From a virus (lineage: Duplodnaviria; Caudoviricetes), in the IMG/VR virus record IMGVR_UViG_3300033074_000233, positions 151,993 through 215,992 of that record: a stretch of 64,000 nt of DNA; one strand, 5' to 3'. A model generated the notes under the pieces. That model was not told where the DNA came from, made no database searches, and saw only the letters and a list, made by a program, of their open reading frames with translations. Shown here in pieces: positions 53,622-63,811 of the stretch. Positions within the stretch are counted from its first letter, which is position 1; each line of letters starts with the position of its first letter. A program made the position numbers and the translations under genes.

Positions 53622-54434
53622 TTAAGCGGTCGTGTACAGAACTTCAATAGTTGCTGTGCCCTGAGTTGCCCCGTTAGCCGTGTACGTAGCCGTTACTTGC
53701 GTAGCGACTCCGTAGTTATAGTAGCAGTCGATCACATAAGTACCCACATTATTAAGATTGCTTTCACCCTGGAGTGCTAGTCTGTTGGTTGAACCTGCAT
53801 CTCCAACAGTAACACGGGACCTAGGTGAACCATTAAAGGCCTGAGTGACGTTTATAACTACCTGATAAGGACGGGCGTTAATAGGAACAGATGCTCCGAT
53901 GTTTACCGTTCCAGCAGAACCGAAGGCTAGGTTTACACGCTCAGACTTAACAAACTTCGTCGGAGCGGTGTACGGGCCAACGTCAACCCAGGCGCTAGTG
54001 TCACCATCCCACAGGTAGATATGGTCGGCGAGGAACGTGAGAGTACCACCAGTCAAGGCTGTAGTAACAACGATACGCATACCGTTGTATGGGATGATCT
54101 CAACCCAGGAAGCGCCTTCACCACGATACAGGTAACCTGCCGTATAAATACCACCAGTGGTGGTACACATATAGATAGCACCTACTACAACAGCCGGGGG
54201 TGCTGTACCATCAATTTGGTCCGTAGCAGATACGTCATAGCGACGCTCAACCCAGCCTTTGGTAGCAGCGGCGTTATCAGAGGTAGGGTCCGCGACCAGC
54301 ATTTCTGTATAGGCGGTGTTCGTGTTGTTACGCAGGCTAACGGCTGTACCGTCACTGATAACGCGAAGACCCTCTACACCCAATTCAACGTCTGTGCTAA
54401 CGCCGCTAAGACCGTAGTTCTTTGTGTTGCTCAT
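53622..54434 (-). CDS. virion structural protein
   Basis: N-terminus (KNYGL.GV..DVELG) shared with 51734-53605; ADPT..AATKGWV. Confidence 0.7.
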   Translation of the reverse strand: MSNTKNYGLSGVSTDVELGVEGLRVISDGTAVSLRNNTNTAYTEMLVADPTSDNAAATKGWVERRYDVSATDQIDGTAPPAVVVGAIYMCTTTGGIYTAGYLYRGEGASWVEIIPYNGMRIVVTTALTGGTLTFLADHIYLWDGDTSAWVDVGPYTAPTKFVKSERVNLAFGSAGTVNIGASVPINARPYQVVINVTQAFNGSPRSRVTVGDAGSTNRLALQGESNLNNVGTYVIDCYYNYGVATQVTATYTANGATQGTATIEVLYTTA

Positions 54435-54445
54435 TGCTTATGTCC

Positions 54446-55246
54446 TCAGATGGAATTGGAAATGAAGTCAAGGCGACGATACCTGAAGCGTAGAATGCTT
54501 CCTACGTTCAAGGCTGTTATCGTTAGAACAATGTCGTTACCTACGATTGAGGCTGAGTATGTCAGGCCACTAATCACTGGTGGGGAAGAAGGTAGATATT
54601 GGAGATCAACGTTGGCAACAGTGCCATCGTGAACAACCATCATACGACCTGATTCATACGTTCCGATAACCTCGATTGTGTAGTCGAGGAATACCGCTCG
54701 CGTTGTTGTTTTGTTGCCTACCACTTCATTGATGGTAGTGTTATCCGAGAAGTCCACTTGAACTTCAGGACCAGACACGCCATGGATATTGGTGATCGAC
54801 CAGATGCCTCCTGACTTGTAGTACACTTGTCCAGTAGCAACTTCCTCGTAGTACATTCCATTGCTGCCGAGGGTATTAAGTGGGATACCATTACCCCGTA
54901 TCCACTGCGTAACATTTGGCGTAACAGTAACGGTGCCGTCAGTACCAACTAGGGCTGCGACCGCGTCGCCTTGGAAGTCCAGAGACTTGGCATAACCTAG
55001 AGACACGCCCTGGTTCTTCAACTCGATTGATCCTACTGGTACGTCAGGATCAGGAATGATTGTTACCCAGCCATCACGCTTGGCTTTAACCATTCCCTCA
55101 GTGAGGAAGTGTATGGTCTGCGCTTCTACGCCATACCTAACAAAGACGTTGTAGCGTGTGTACTGCGCTGCCGAGAACTCCAAGGTCTTTGGAACGTCAC
55201 CTCGGCAGGTATGCTGAATTGTCCACGTACCTTGAGGAACATTCAT
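54446..55246 (-). CDS. virion structural protein
   Basis: G.G.P.N.LG.NG.YY...TG.VY.K..G.W fibre-type motif. Confidence 0.65.
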   Translation of the reverse strand: MNVPQGTWTIQHTCRGDVPKTLEFSAAQYTRYNVFVRYGVEAQTIHFLTEGMVKAKRDGWVTIIPDPDVPVGSIELKNQGVSLGYAKSLDFQGDAVAALVGTDGTVTVTPNVTQWIRGNGIPLNTLGSNGMYYEEVATGQVYYKSGGIWSITNIHGVSGPEVQVDFSDNTTINEVVGNKTTTRAVFLDYTIEVIGTYESGRMMVVHDGTVANVDLQYLPSSPPVISGLTYSASIVGNDIVLTITALNVGSILRFRYRRLDFISNSI

Positions 55247-55254
55247 TTTTCACC

Positions 55255-55764
55255 TCAATATGCAGGAACCGGTACGAACTGGAATCTACGAATAATGTCG
55301 TGGGCCCAGGTATCTTTGGCTATGCAGTAGACCTCAGTAAGGTCCTTGATCGTATCGTGGTTCTTCAGGTTCATTGCATCTTGCATCGTGCGCTCGATAA
55401 GCAACTGACCAGTAAGACGGTCCATGCCAGTAGCCTTATCGTAGTCGGCGAGGCCGGCAACATAGGACAGCAGGATTGCCTTGGCCTTGGTTTGACCGGC
55501 CCAAGCATTGAACAGTGCAAAGCCCACGATTTCGTCATCAATATAGGCCAAGACAATGAACAGGACATGATCGTCCTGCGCGGTGTCAATAACGGAGTCC
55601 AGTTCGTCAAGAAGGGCTACGTCATTCTCGTTCAACAGGTTAAGACAGGCTTTCCAACTGTCCTCAGGAAGACTCTTAAACGGAGAGACCACAACGAGTT
55701 TGGGTTCCCACTTCAAGTCTTCCGTTTTGGTTGCAACGACTTTTAGGTTCTTCATGGTAGTCAT
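55255..55764 (-). CDS. GNAT-like protein
   Basis: LAYIDDEIVGFA, LSYVA, L.GQLL. Confidence 0.6.
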   Translation of the reverse strand: MTTMKNLKVVATKTEDLKWEPKLVVVSPFKSLPEDSWKACLNLLNENDVALLDELDSVIDTAQDDHVLFIVLAYIDDEIVGFALFNAWAGQTKAKAILLSYVAGLADYDKATGMDRLTGQLLIERTMQDAMNLKNHDTIKDLTEVYCIAKDTWAHDIIRRFQFVPVPAY

Positions 55765-57956
55765 ACCTTTTTACCTTTGATAGCAGCCTTATCCTTCGCG
55801 CTGATATTCGGGATGTTAGCGGGAACACGCAGGCCAAGATCGAGGAAGAACTTGTGCATCACACGCGGCGAAATATACGAGCGAATTGCGGTTGCGCTTG
55901 TTACCTTGTTACCAGTGTGGTGCTTCAGGAAGTCACCAACCTTTTCCATTTTCTCGTTGAACCATTTCTCTGCTTCCTTCTGAGAAACCTTACCTTTCTT
56001 GAACGGCTGCTTGGAGAGAATCTCAGCGGCAATCTTGTTTGCTGCCATGTAACGGAACGTGTAGAGTTTGACGTTCGGATCGCCTGCAACGCGCTTGGCG
56101 TAATTCAGTACGTCCTGAGTAGGAATGGTCTTGCCATTACCGTCTATCCACACTTGTTCAGTTGGACCTTTACCCTCAATCTGTTTCTCCAGAACCTCGA
56201 TCACTTTCTTGTTGGTCTGGTTAATCGGATTAAGTTGGAAGTCCATGGCAGTAGTGCCCTTGCCCTTGTAGTCAAGCATGTAGCCCTTACCGTGAGGCTT
56301 AACGTGCTTAACAAGCAGGGTAGTTACACCATACGTGTCGATTACTTCACCTGTCGTCTTCTCAGTGGCTTTGTTGCCCTTTGTACCTGGGCGAGCGCCC
56401 AGCAGGTAGATCATTTCCAGTTCAGCAGCACGAAGTTGGTCGCGGCCCGTACCGTGCATGAGATCGGCAATCCACTTCTTGCGAATAGGGCCTAGATTCT
56501 CTTTGGTACGTTCCATCGTTTCGTACTTATCACCCTGACGTTTGTTCAGGACGTAGTTCTCGGTGTAGCGACGGCCCGGCTTCTTATCCGTAGGCTTGGC
56601 CGAGAGACATACATAGGCGTTGTCTTCTGCCGAGTTGTACTTGGGGTTCATCTTCACTTCGCCCCAGAGTTTCTCTTGGAGCACATTTCCAGCAGCCGTA
56701 TAGAAGCGGCCGTTTTCGTCAATGTTACCTACGAAGCCCTTGGGATAACCGTGCGAGATTTTCGCTTTGGCGATACTGTCCAGGAACTTGTTGTAGTCGA
56801 TATAGGACTTGCCACTCTTACGGACAGCAGCCCGCAGGAAGTTGCTCGGTGCTGCAAGGAAGTCACGTTGGGCCCGCTTGAACTCCTTGAAAGCATCAGG
56901 TGCTTTCTTCTTGAACACGGCTTTTTGTTCAGCGGTCAACTGGATCAGTTTCTTCTTCAGGTATTTCTGCGAAAGCGTCTGCATAGTTTCGCGGGCTTTC
57001 GCTTGGCCTGAGCCTGTATCAGTAACCTTACCGCCGGCATCGCTCTTGGAGAACAGGGCAAGCAACTCCGGGTCTTTCAGGTTACCCGCATTCTTGAGGA
57101 GTTTCTTGCCGGCTACTTCGCTGTTGGTACGGAAGTATTTACCGACCGTAAGCAACTGCATCAATTCGTGTGCAGGAATGGTGTTATCAGCGGTGAACTT
57201 ATCTTTGGCCTTGAGCAGCATGTTGCCTACTACAGGGGCGAGAGCAGCGACTTTGGCATCGTACTTGGATACGTTGCGCGAGGCATTCAGCAAGGCCACG
57301 AAGTCATCGTTGGGTATCTTGAACTGAGCCAGAAACTTCTTGAGGTTCACACCCCACTTAAGGGCATTGGCCTTAAGCGTGGCAGGAATCTTGATCTTGG
57401 CGTTGTCGGTGTTGACGTAGTAAAGCATCAGGTACAGCGACTTAATTACATCCTGAAGTACCTGCTCATCTACCTTCGCTACGACTGGGTTACTTTTAAT
57501 GCTGACCAACTTCTTCATACCTGATCCCTCGTAGCCCTGTTGTGTTGCTTTCAGAAACTCTTTTACAGTAACGCGGTGCATATCATCATACAACCGCTTA
57601 CCATTTTCTAACGAAAAGTATCCGTCCCCTGGATGATAGGTTCCCTCGTATGCCGAATCTTTGTTATTGTCGAACACAATTTTGTTGTGTGCATCAACAA
57701 GGATAACGTGCATCGGACGTTGCAGGTGATTGCTTCCTAGCATCACGATAACATCGTCCATCTTATGCCTATGCTTAATCGCCTGTGTTGTCTGGGCGTA
57801 GCACAGTTGAGGATTCTTCCATCCTGTGAATCCACGAAGTTTTACTTTGGCACGTGCTGGGTTGTATGTGTACCCCATTGCATATAGTTTGGATCGAACG
57901 GTTTCATTGTAAGGAACCATTCCGTCTTCGTCTGGAATCAGTACGTTCTGGTTCAC
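55761..57956 (-). CDS. type IB topoisomerase-like protein with N-terminal extension
   Basis: GARPG, TYGVTTL..KHV, YKGKG, TFRY, H..., TAIRSYISP; GTG start overlaps the upstream TGA; internal ATG at 57518. Confidence 0.8.
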   Translation of the reverse strand: MNQNVLIPDEDGMVPYNETVRSKLYAMGYTYNPARAKVKLRGFTGWKNPQLCYAQTTQAIKHRHKMDDVIVMLGSNHLQRPMHVILVDAHNKIVFDNNKDSAYEGTYHPGDGYFSLENGKRLYDDMHRVTVKEFLKATQQGYEGSGMKKLVSIKSNPVVAKVDEQVLQDVIKSLYLMLYYVNTDNAKIKIPATLKANALKWGVNLKKFLAQFKIPNDDFVALLNASRNVSKYDAKVAALAPVVGNMLLKAKDKFTADNTIPAHELMQLLTVGKYFRTNSEVAGKKLLKNAGNLKDPELLALFSKSDAGGKVTDTGSGQAKARETMQTLSQKYLKKKLIQLTAEQKAVFKKKAPDAFKEFKRAQRDFLAAPSNFLRAAVRKSGKSYIDYNKFLDSIAKAKISHGYPKGFVGNIDENGRFYTAAGNVLQEKLWGEVKMNPKYNSAEDNAYVCLSAKPTDKKPGRRYTENYVLNKRQGDKYETMERTKENLGPIRKKWIADLMHGTGRDQLRAAELEMIYLLGARPGTKGNKATEKTTGEVIDTYGVTTLLVKHVKPHGKGYMLDYKGKGTTAMDFQLNPINQTNKKVIEVLEKQIEGKGPTEQVWIDGNGKTIPTQDVLNYAKRVAGDPNVKLYTFRYMAANKIAAEILSKQPFKKGKVSQKEAEKWFNEKMEKVGDFLKHHTGNKVTSATAIRSYISPRVMHKFFLDLGLRVPANIPNISAKDKAAIKGKKV

Positions 57957-58333
57957 GGCACCCACTTCTCAGGAAGCATCGTTTTCTGCAGGTCAACAAG
58001 CAACAGGCCTTTGTCGATGTTGTACACGACGGTGCCCAGTTGCGAAGACGCGGCCATGAAGCGAGTGGCCATACCAGTTACCATGAGATTCTTGCGAATG
58101 TCCTTGGCTGTATATCCAAGCGTGTGCAGGACGCGCTCGAACATCATACCTTGTGTGCGCAGGTCATAAGCAGGATCGCACGAAATGGAATAGACCGTTT
58201 CACCACCGTCTTTGGTTGCAAACTGCGGAAGAGGAACACGGCCAACAATGAACTTGAGGTTACGTGCGATACGGCATACATCTAGGTCAGAATCAAAACC
58301 TGCCGTTTCACTTTTTGGATTTAGGCTTTGCAT
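57953..58333 (-). CDS. hypothetical virion protein
   Basis: GGAG RBS, SETA motif near N-terminus. Confidence 0.6.
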   Translation of the reverse strand: MQSLNPKSETAGFDSDLDVCRIARNLKFIVGRVPLPQFATKDGGETVYSISCDPAYDLRTQGMMFERVLHTLGYTAKDIRKNLMVTGMATRFMAASSQLGTVVYNIDKGLLLVDLQKTMLPEKWVP

Positions 58334-59051
58334 GTTTTCTCCCCTTCATAATGGCGCTGAGCCAGTTCTTAACTGGAATTTTTGCGGACTTAACTGAGGC
58401 TGCCATGTTATCAACATACCAGTCAAGCAACTCCTCGTCGGTCATGTTATCAAAGTCTTTCTTGGTCGCGGCCCAGATAGCGGTCTTGCCTACGTGGATA
58501 CCAAGCGTGTGAGACAACAGGCCAGAAGCAAAACTACCAATCGCTGCTCCTAGCGTGTGCATACCACCAGCAAGAGCCAGATCACCAATTACAATGCCAG
58601 AGTGAATCGAAATGGCTTTCAAGGCTGACTTATGGTGATCGTCCAGTTGTTCACCTTTAGCCATAGCGCGAATGCCGTCCATTGCATGATGCCATTCCTT
58701 GACCTCAGACTTAATGGACTTCTTGAAGCCCTCTTTCTTACGCTTCATCAATTCGGCTAGTTGGGCACGTTCTTCTGAATCAGGTTGGTGTTGACCGTCC
58801 TCAAAGAACTTCTTCTGGTCAGCGTGGAAGTTTTTGATAATGTCCGTCAACTTCTTTGGCTTTGCAGGTGCTTCGGCTGCTTTCTTGCCCGGAGCATTCT
58901 TTGGCTTCTTGGGCGAGTTCTTGTACTTGGAATCAGGATGGTCTTTGAGATATTGGTCTTGCTCAGGACGAGAAAGGCTATCCCAGAAGGAATCCTTTTT
59001 CAATTTCGTCATGGGTTTTACGGTTCGAGCCACTGTTTTGAGTGCGCGCAT
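58308..59051 (-). CDS. putative internal head protein
   Basis: WDSLSRPEQDQYLKDHPDSKY motif recalled from jumbo-phage proteins; C-terminal Gly/hydrophobic segment. Confidence 0.6.
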   Translation of the reverse strand: MRALKTVARTVKPMTKLKKDSFWDSLSRPEQDQYLKDHPDSKYKNSPKKPKNAPGKKAAEAPAKPKKLTDIIKNFHADQKKFFEDGQHQPDSEERAQLAELMKRKKEGFKKSIKSEVKEWHHAMDGIRAMAKGEQLDDHHKSALKAISIHSGIVIGDLALAGGMHTLGAAIGSFASGLLSHTLGIHVGKTAIWAATKKDFDNMTDEELLDWYVDNMAASVKSAKIPVKNWLSAIMKGRKHAKPKSKK

Positions 59052-59104
59052 ACCTGTGTCTCTACTGTTTAACTGACAAGATTAAATTAGTGACATGGCC
59101 AAGA

Positions 59105-59572
59105 TCAGTCAGTTTTCTCGACCAAGGCGTAGTCATGTATAGGACGAATTTCCTTGTTGAAGTACACAATGGCATTCATCCTCAGACGGCGAAACTTGTC
59201 CCAATCCTCAGGAAGAACATCCTTGTACCAGTACCAACGTAGTAATTCCTGGCCACTGAAACTGATCCACAGACTCATGGTCTTTTCATCGTAGGCTGCG
59301 TGTTCAATTCCCTTGCCTTGGAACTCGGCGTATTTAAGGCCGGGCACGTTGAAAGGATTATCTGTGGAGAAAATCTTCATTGCCATTTTAGGTGGCTTGT
59401 TGATTTTCCTCTCGGCACCTCGATAAGGAGCGTGCTTTGGTTTCTCCTTTGCAACGGCCTTAGGAGCAGCCGTTTCCGCAAAGGAGTCCTGTTCAACGAA
59501 CCCAGCCAGAATACAAAGCCGGGCCACAATCATACTTTCAATTCTTGAGTACATACTGGCTAAGCGATTCAT
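59105..59572 (-). CDS. KTSC domain protein
   Basis: IEHAAYD....LWISF...YWYKDV....W..F...YFNKEIR. Confidence 0.7.
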   Translation of the reverse strand: MNRLASMYSRIESMIVARLCILAGFVEQDSFAETAAPKAVAKEKPKHAPYRGAERKINKPPKMAMKIFSTDNPFNVPGLKYAEFQGKGIEHAAYDEKTMSLWISFSGQELLRWYWYKDVLPEDWDKFRRLRMNAIVYFNKEIRPIHDYALVEKTD

Positions 59573-59584
59573 TGGTTACGCTCC

Positions 59585-62272
59585 TTATTCTTCATCTTCA
59601 TAACTGTCTCCAAGTTTCGGATAACCTGGGAGGTTTCTTTTACGCGCCTGCTTCGTCGCTGCATTTCTTACGTCGTAATCCTCATCTTCCTTGATAAGGT
59701 TCAGAATTACTTCATCCGGTGTGTTGTTATTTCCAGCTACGGCTTCCCGAACGCGCCAGGAATTACTCTCGGCAAGTTCAATGAGTGTTTCCACATCAAG
59801 AAGGGCGGGGTCCTGAACATTCTTTATGGCTTCTGCTTGAACATGCTGATCCTTATCCTTAAGAGCCAGTTTAACAATGTACTCAGGAACCTTGACTTTG
59901 CAGAAACTTTGATGGAAAATAGCTCGGCGTACTTCATAGTCCTTATGCTTAAAGGCCTGTTCAATGATGGCAAGAGTTCTATTATTGTCACTGGCCGCGT
60001 ACTTTGCTACGGCTCCGTGCTTAGACTTAACCGCTTTCATCAGGAAGGCCTCCGACAAAGGCGCCGCGGCATATTGAACCACAGCCTTCTGTACTTCATA
60101 GGCCTTATCCGAAATAGCCTTCATCAGAATCTTTTCCGACAACACAATCTCAAGTTTTGTGGCTTGTTTAATCGCATTATGTCTTAAGGCTGCCGAGGAA
60201 TCGCTGAACAACCTAGGGAAAACAGTATTCAGAAAGACCTTAGAATCAAAGGTGAGTTCATTTAGAATTGCCAAAGTTGTATGCGATACTCTAGTGTTCT
60301 CTTTATCCTTACCTATGATCAGGTCAAGTAACCTAGTTATGAAAGCATCGTCCGCAAAGTAGGAAGCAGGCAGACGCGCAAAGAACTCACCCATGTAGTC
60401 GTGACCTGATATATCATCCAGCCAATCTGGGTTTTCTTTTGAGACTGCTTCCAAGCGATCAATGGTATCAAGAACACACTTTGTAGTAAGTTCTACCGAG
60501 CGTGTATGTAGGCTGTGGAAAGGGATGCTGTTTATAGGAATCTGACCCATCAACATTTCTAGGCGATCTGCTCCCAGTGTTTTCCACATACGAAGCATAA
60601 GGTTGGTAGCAACTGTTCCGCCCACAGCAACTAAGGCAAGCAACAGTTCCTCACTCATTTTCGTTTCGTCGTAGTAGTATTCTACCGTGTACCTTGCCAA
60701 TTTCTGCTTGTAGTCTTTGTCCTTTACCTGATTTAGAATGCTGACACGGTCTTCATCCGTAATGTCCGTGCGTTCTCTATATATTTGGTAAACGTGGTTC
60801 GTTTCGATCCGACCAAAAGGACGGGTAACAATAGCGGCCTTCCAGTACTTTTTAGGCAACATTGGGTTCTGTAGAAAGCCTTCAAGGATTGCTTTAAGTC
60901 CACTATTTGATTTGGCTTTGTACTTGGCCAGAGCCTCCTCATAGGTCTTGCCCAGAAGCGTTGGATCAAGGCGCAGTTTTTTCGCGGCCGTGAGAACTGC
61001 GTAGTCGTCAAACTTCTCGAAGTTGTTTATTACCTTTAACCAAACAGCATCGTTGGCACTTCTACTGTTGATAATCTTGTCGATCATTCCATGATAATTG
61101 TCGTTGCTGTATTTGGCGCTCATAACCGGCATAGACTCGTTTTCTAGGTCAAGTAGTTCAACGAGTTTGTGTGGCGACACCGAAGACCTGTTTAGAGCCA
61201 CACGGATAGCGATAGGATTCTTGGAATTTAGAGCGCCCTCGAAATCGAAATCTTTGCCTACTCGTAGTTGGTCTATGCGAGTGTTGCTTAGGCTATTACC
61301 AAGTCCCAACAAATCCTGAAGACTGCCTATGTATTGTATTGTTTTTTCCACATCATCTGTATAAATATCTCTAGGAGCTTCTTTAGGAGACAAGCAGTAC
61401 ACGCCACCTTTGGTATCCACACCCAGGAAACTGTTTACGTCCTCTACCCAGCGGTCTATAGCCTTCTCAAAATGAGGAAGTGTGGCATCTTTTGGATAGG
61501 TCTGAGGCTCACGAATAAACATGAATCGAGAATGATCTGCCTTATCCAGAAAGGAATAAATGCGGACACGACCAATAGGATGGTTGATATTCTTGTCATC
61601 CGCCTTAACAAGATAAGCCACGAGAGTACCATATTTCAGGTCTTTAAGGACGTATTCCTTGTTACAGCCATCCTTTACGTTCATACAGGATATCCAACCC
61701 CTATAGGTAGACATACCCATGAGGTCATACGGATGCCGCGAAATTACGGCAAGCATCGTTGACTTCGAGGTCTTGGAACTATGACGCTGCGGGTCCGCGT
61801 CAAACAGTTTCTTTAGATCAGGAGTATCCGAAAGAAGTCTGCCAATCTTTATCTTGCGCTTACCTCCGGACTTCTTGTCTACGGCAATGCCTGCAATGTA
61901 GTCATCTACAACGTAGCCTTTGTCCTCAACAACCCTAAGGATTGCGTCTGGAACAACGGAAGCGCGCTTAGTCTTGGGAACTTCTTCCTCACGAATAGGA
62001 AGATAGATACGAAAACGACCAACGTTTCCTGTGTACTTACGGAAAATCTTCTCGTATTTTGCCCTATCAAACTGACCGTGGCCGCCCCACTGTCTATATT
62101 CAGAAAGTGGAATAGCGGCCGTCTCAGGTGTTTTAACCAGCGTATTCAACTGGAAGTCCAGATCATCCAGGTCCTCAGAAGAAAGGTTGTCGAAATCGCC
62201 GTCACCTTTGTTCTTCATTACGGTCGAGGGCGTTGTCAGCATACGTGACGGCCGAACTACAATGTTACGCAT
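59585..62272 (-). CDS. large protein with SRHPYD..MS..RGW.SCM domain and C-terminal HEAT/leucine-rich repeats
   Basis: D.DYEVR.A-type repeats (KDYEVRRA, WRVREAVAGNNNTP, DYDVRNAA). Confidence 0.75.
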   Translation of the reverse strand: MRNIVVRPSRMLTTPSTVMKNKGDGDFDNLSSEDLDDLDFQLNTLVKTPETAAIPLSEYRQWGGHGQFDRAKYEKIFRKYTGNVGRFRIYLPIREEEVPKTKRASVVPDAILRVVEDKGYVVDDYIAGIAVDKKSGGKRKIKIGRLLSDTPDLKKLFDADPQRHSSKTSKSTMLAVISRHPYDLMGMSTYRGWISCMNVKDGCNKEYVLKDLKYGTLVAYLVKADDKNINHPIGRVRIYSFLDKADHSRFMFIREPQTYPKDATLPHFEKAIDRWVEDVNSFLGVDTKGGVYCLSPKEAPRDIYTDDVEKTIQYIGSLQDLLGLGNSLSNTRIDQLRVGKDFDFEGALNSKNPIAIRVALNRSSVSPHKLVELLDLENESMPVMSAKYSNDNYHGMIDKIINSRSANDAVWLKVINNFEKFDDYAVLTAAKKLRLDPTLLGKTYEEALAKYKAKSNSGLKAILEGFLQNPMLPKKYWKAAIVTRPFGRIETNHVYQIYRERTDITDEDRVSILNQVKDKDYKQKLARYTVEYYYDETKMSEELLLALVAVGGTVATNLMLRMWKTLGADRLEMLMGQIPINSIPFHSLHTRSVELTTKCVLDTIDRLEAVSKENPDWLDDISGHDYMGEFFARLPASYFADDAFITRLLDLIIGKDKENTRVSHTTLAILNELTFDSKVFLNTVFPRLFSDSSAALRHNAIKQATKLEIVLSEKILMKAISDKAYEVQKAVVQYAAAPLSEAFLMKAVKSKHGAVAKYAASDNNRTLAIIEQAFKHKDYEVRRAIFHQSFCKVKVPEYIVKLALKDKDQHVQAEAIKNVQDPALLDVETLIELAESNSWRVREAVAGNNNTPDEVILNLIKEDEDYDVRNAATKQARKRNLPGYPKLGDSYEDEE

Positions 62273-62287
62273 GACTTGTCCTCTTAT

Positions 62288-63799
62288 TTAAGTGGGCACA
62301 AATTCCCATTTCTTTTTACCACTGTCGTATATACGTTTTAGGCCCGCATTCTCACACATTTCTCTTTCCGTTAGGTTTTCATCGTAGTCGGTACCAAGAA
62401 TTTTCTGTAGCCTTGCTTTGCGGAAAAAAGACTTATGGCGTCTACGTCCACCACTAATAACCTTGTAGTCTGGCTTAACATCTTTCACAAAAGAAAAGCC
62501 GAGTGTTTCGTACAAAGAACCCTCAAACATATCGTTGTCCGAATAGGAAACAACACGTTCTGGACTTAGGTCTCTCACAAAATTAGTAAAGAGCCTTGAA
62601 GCTCCTCCTGCAACTGAGCAAGCGGAGGCGAATCGCAGAAGCTCCCATTCACCCTGTACTCTTTGGCTACCTCTCTCCGACCTGATGTTAGTGAACAACA
62701 TACAAGCAACTAATGTGAATCCATCAAAGAGTCCATAAGCTAATCCAGAGACTTTATTAGGATAGCCTTGTATATGGTATTTAGTGAAGAAATCCTTTAT
62801 CGTGTTGGATTCTAATTTTGTAGTTTTCTTGAGATCTAACTTTCTGGCTTGTAGCCTATTTTTTGAAAGGCCAAGTATATGACGTAAAGTGTGCTTAACA
62901 ACCTTACGCTTTAAATTCCAGTCATCCTCATGGACGTATAATACTCGGTAACCTTTATCTTTGGCCAAGTCCTGCTTCCACTTGTGGTAGTTAGGATACT
63001 TGTATTCGGAACTATGCCAGTATATACCGTTGTACTCAATGGCCAACTTGTGACTTGGAACTACTATGTCTAGTTCTAGGTTTTGCGCATCCAGAATAAG
63101 GCGGTTACTTGTGTTGCACTTAACCAACTTTGCTATCCAACGCGCGAGTTCATCTTCGCCCTGGGACACAAGAGTAAGAGGCTTATTGCACTTTGGACAG
63201 CCCGAGTTGTCCGCGCGCGTAAGAGAATCAGGAATTGTTTTCCATTTGAAATTACACGTTGTACACTTGAATTTAACTCTAACCCTAGAGCCCTTATAGG
63301 CGTCAAGCATTACTACGTTTGAGGGCAGCAAAGATTTTACGTCTTTAAGGTCTCTTAGTTGTCCTGCACCTGATGCTTTCCATTCAGCCAGACACTCTTT
63401 ACACGGATACTTGTTTTTGTTATTAACAAAGGCATTTGGTATTATGTCGAACTTGGTCTTGTGCTTAGAACAGGCTAGTGTAACTGGTGCATAAGAACCT
63501 TTATAATCCGTAACCTTTTTGTAGGGTAGAGTTGACAGGTAGTCCTCGAAACGAGATTTGGCCTCTACTATATTTGGGGTTTCTTTCTTATCTTCTTTAA
63601 GGCAAGTAGGACAAGGATACGTCCTCACTGCTACCTTACCTAAATGTCCTGAAAAGGACCCATGCTTTTTACATACAAAAGTAGCAAGCCTAGTTTTAGT
63701 GTCAAGTTTTTTAACTTGCACCTTTCCATTACTCTTTAATTCGATACGTTCAAGTCTGTAGTCTATCCAGTCTTGACCTCGAAGCCTAGGCTTACCCAT
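62288..63799 (-). mobile_element. free-standing homing endonuclease (Zn-ribbon repeats + Vsr/Hef-like nuclease + GNAT-like C-terminus)
   Basis: C..HG.F, YPCP.C, ELDI....LAIEYNGIYWH, HEDDW, WELLRFA..V.GGASRL, SYSD, IYDSG; visibly AT-richer than neighbours. Confidence 0.8.
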
Positions 63800-63811
63800 T
63801 GTATTACCCTA

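Noticed and set aside
55761-56500. Tyrosine recombinase as invertase for the IR cassettes
   Set aside because: Motifs (YKGKG, TFR, SYI.P) fit topoisomerase IB better, and nothing links the gene to the repeats
49190-61762. Long + strand ORFs over the fibre and topoisomerase genes
   Set aside because: Antisense artefacts of Thr/Gly/Ala-rich or biased codons
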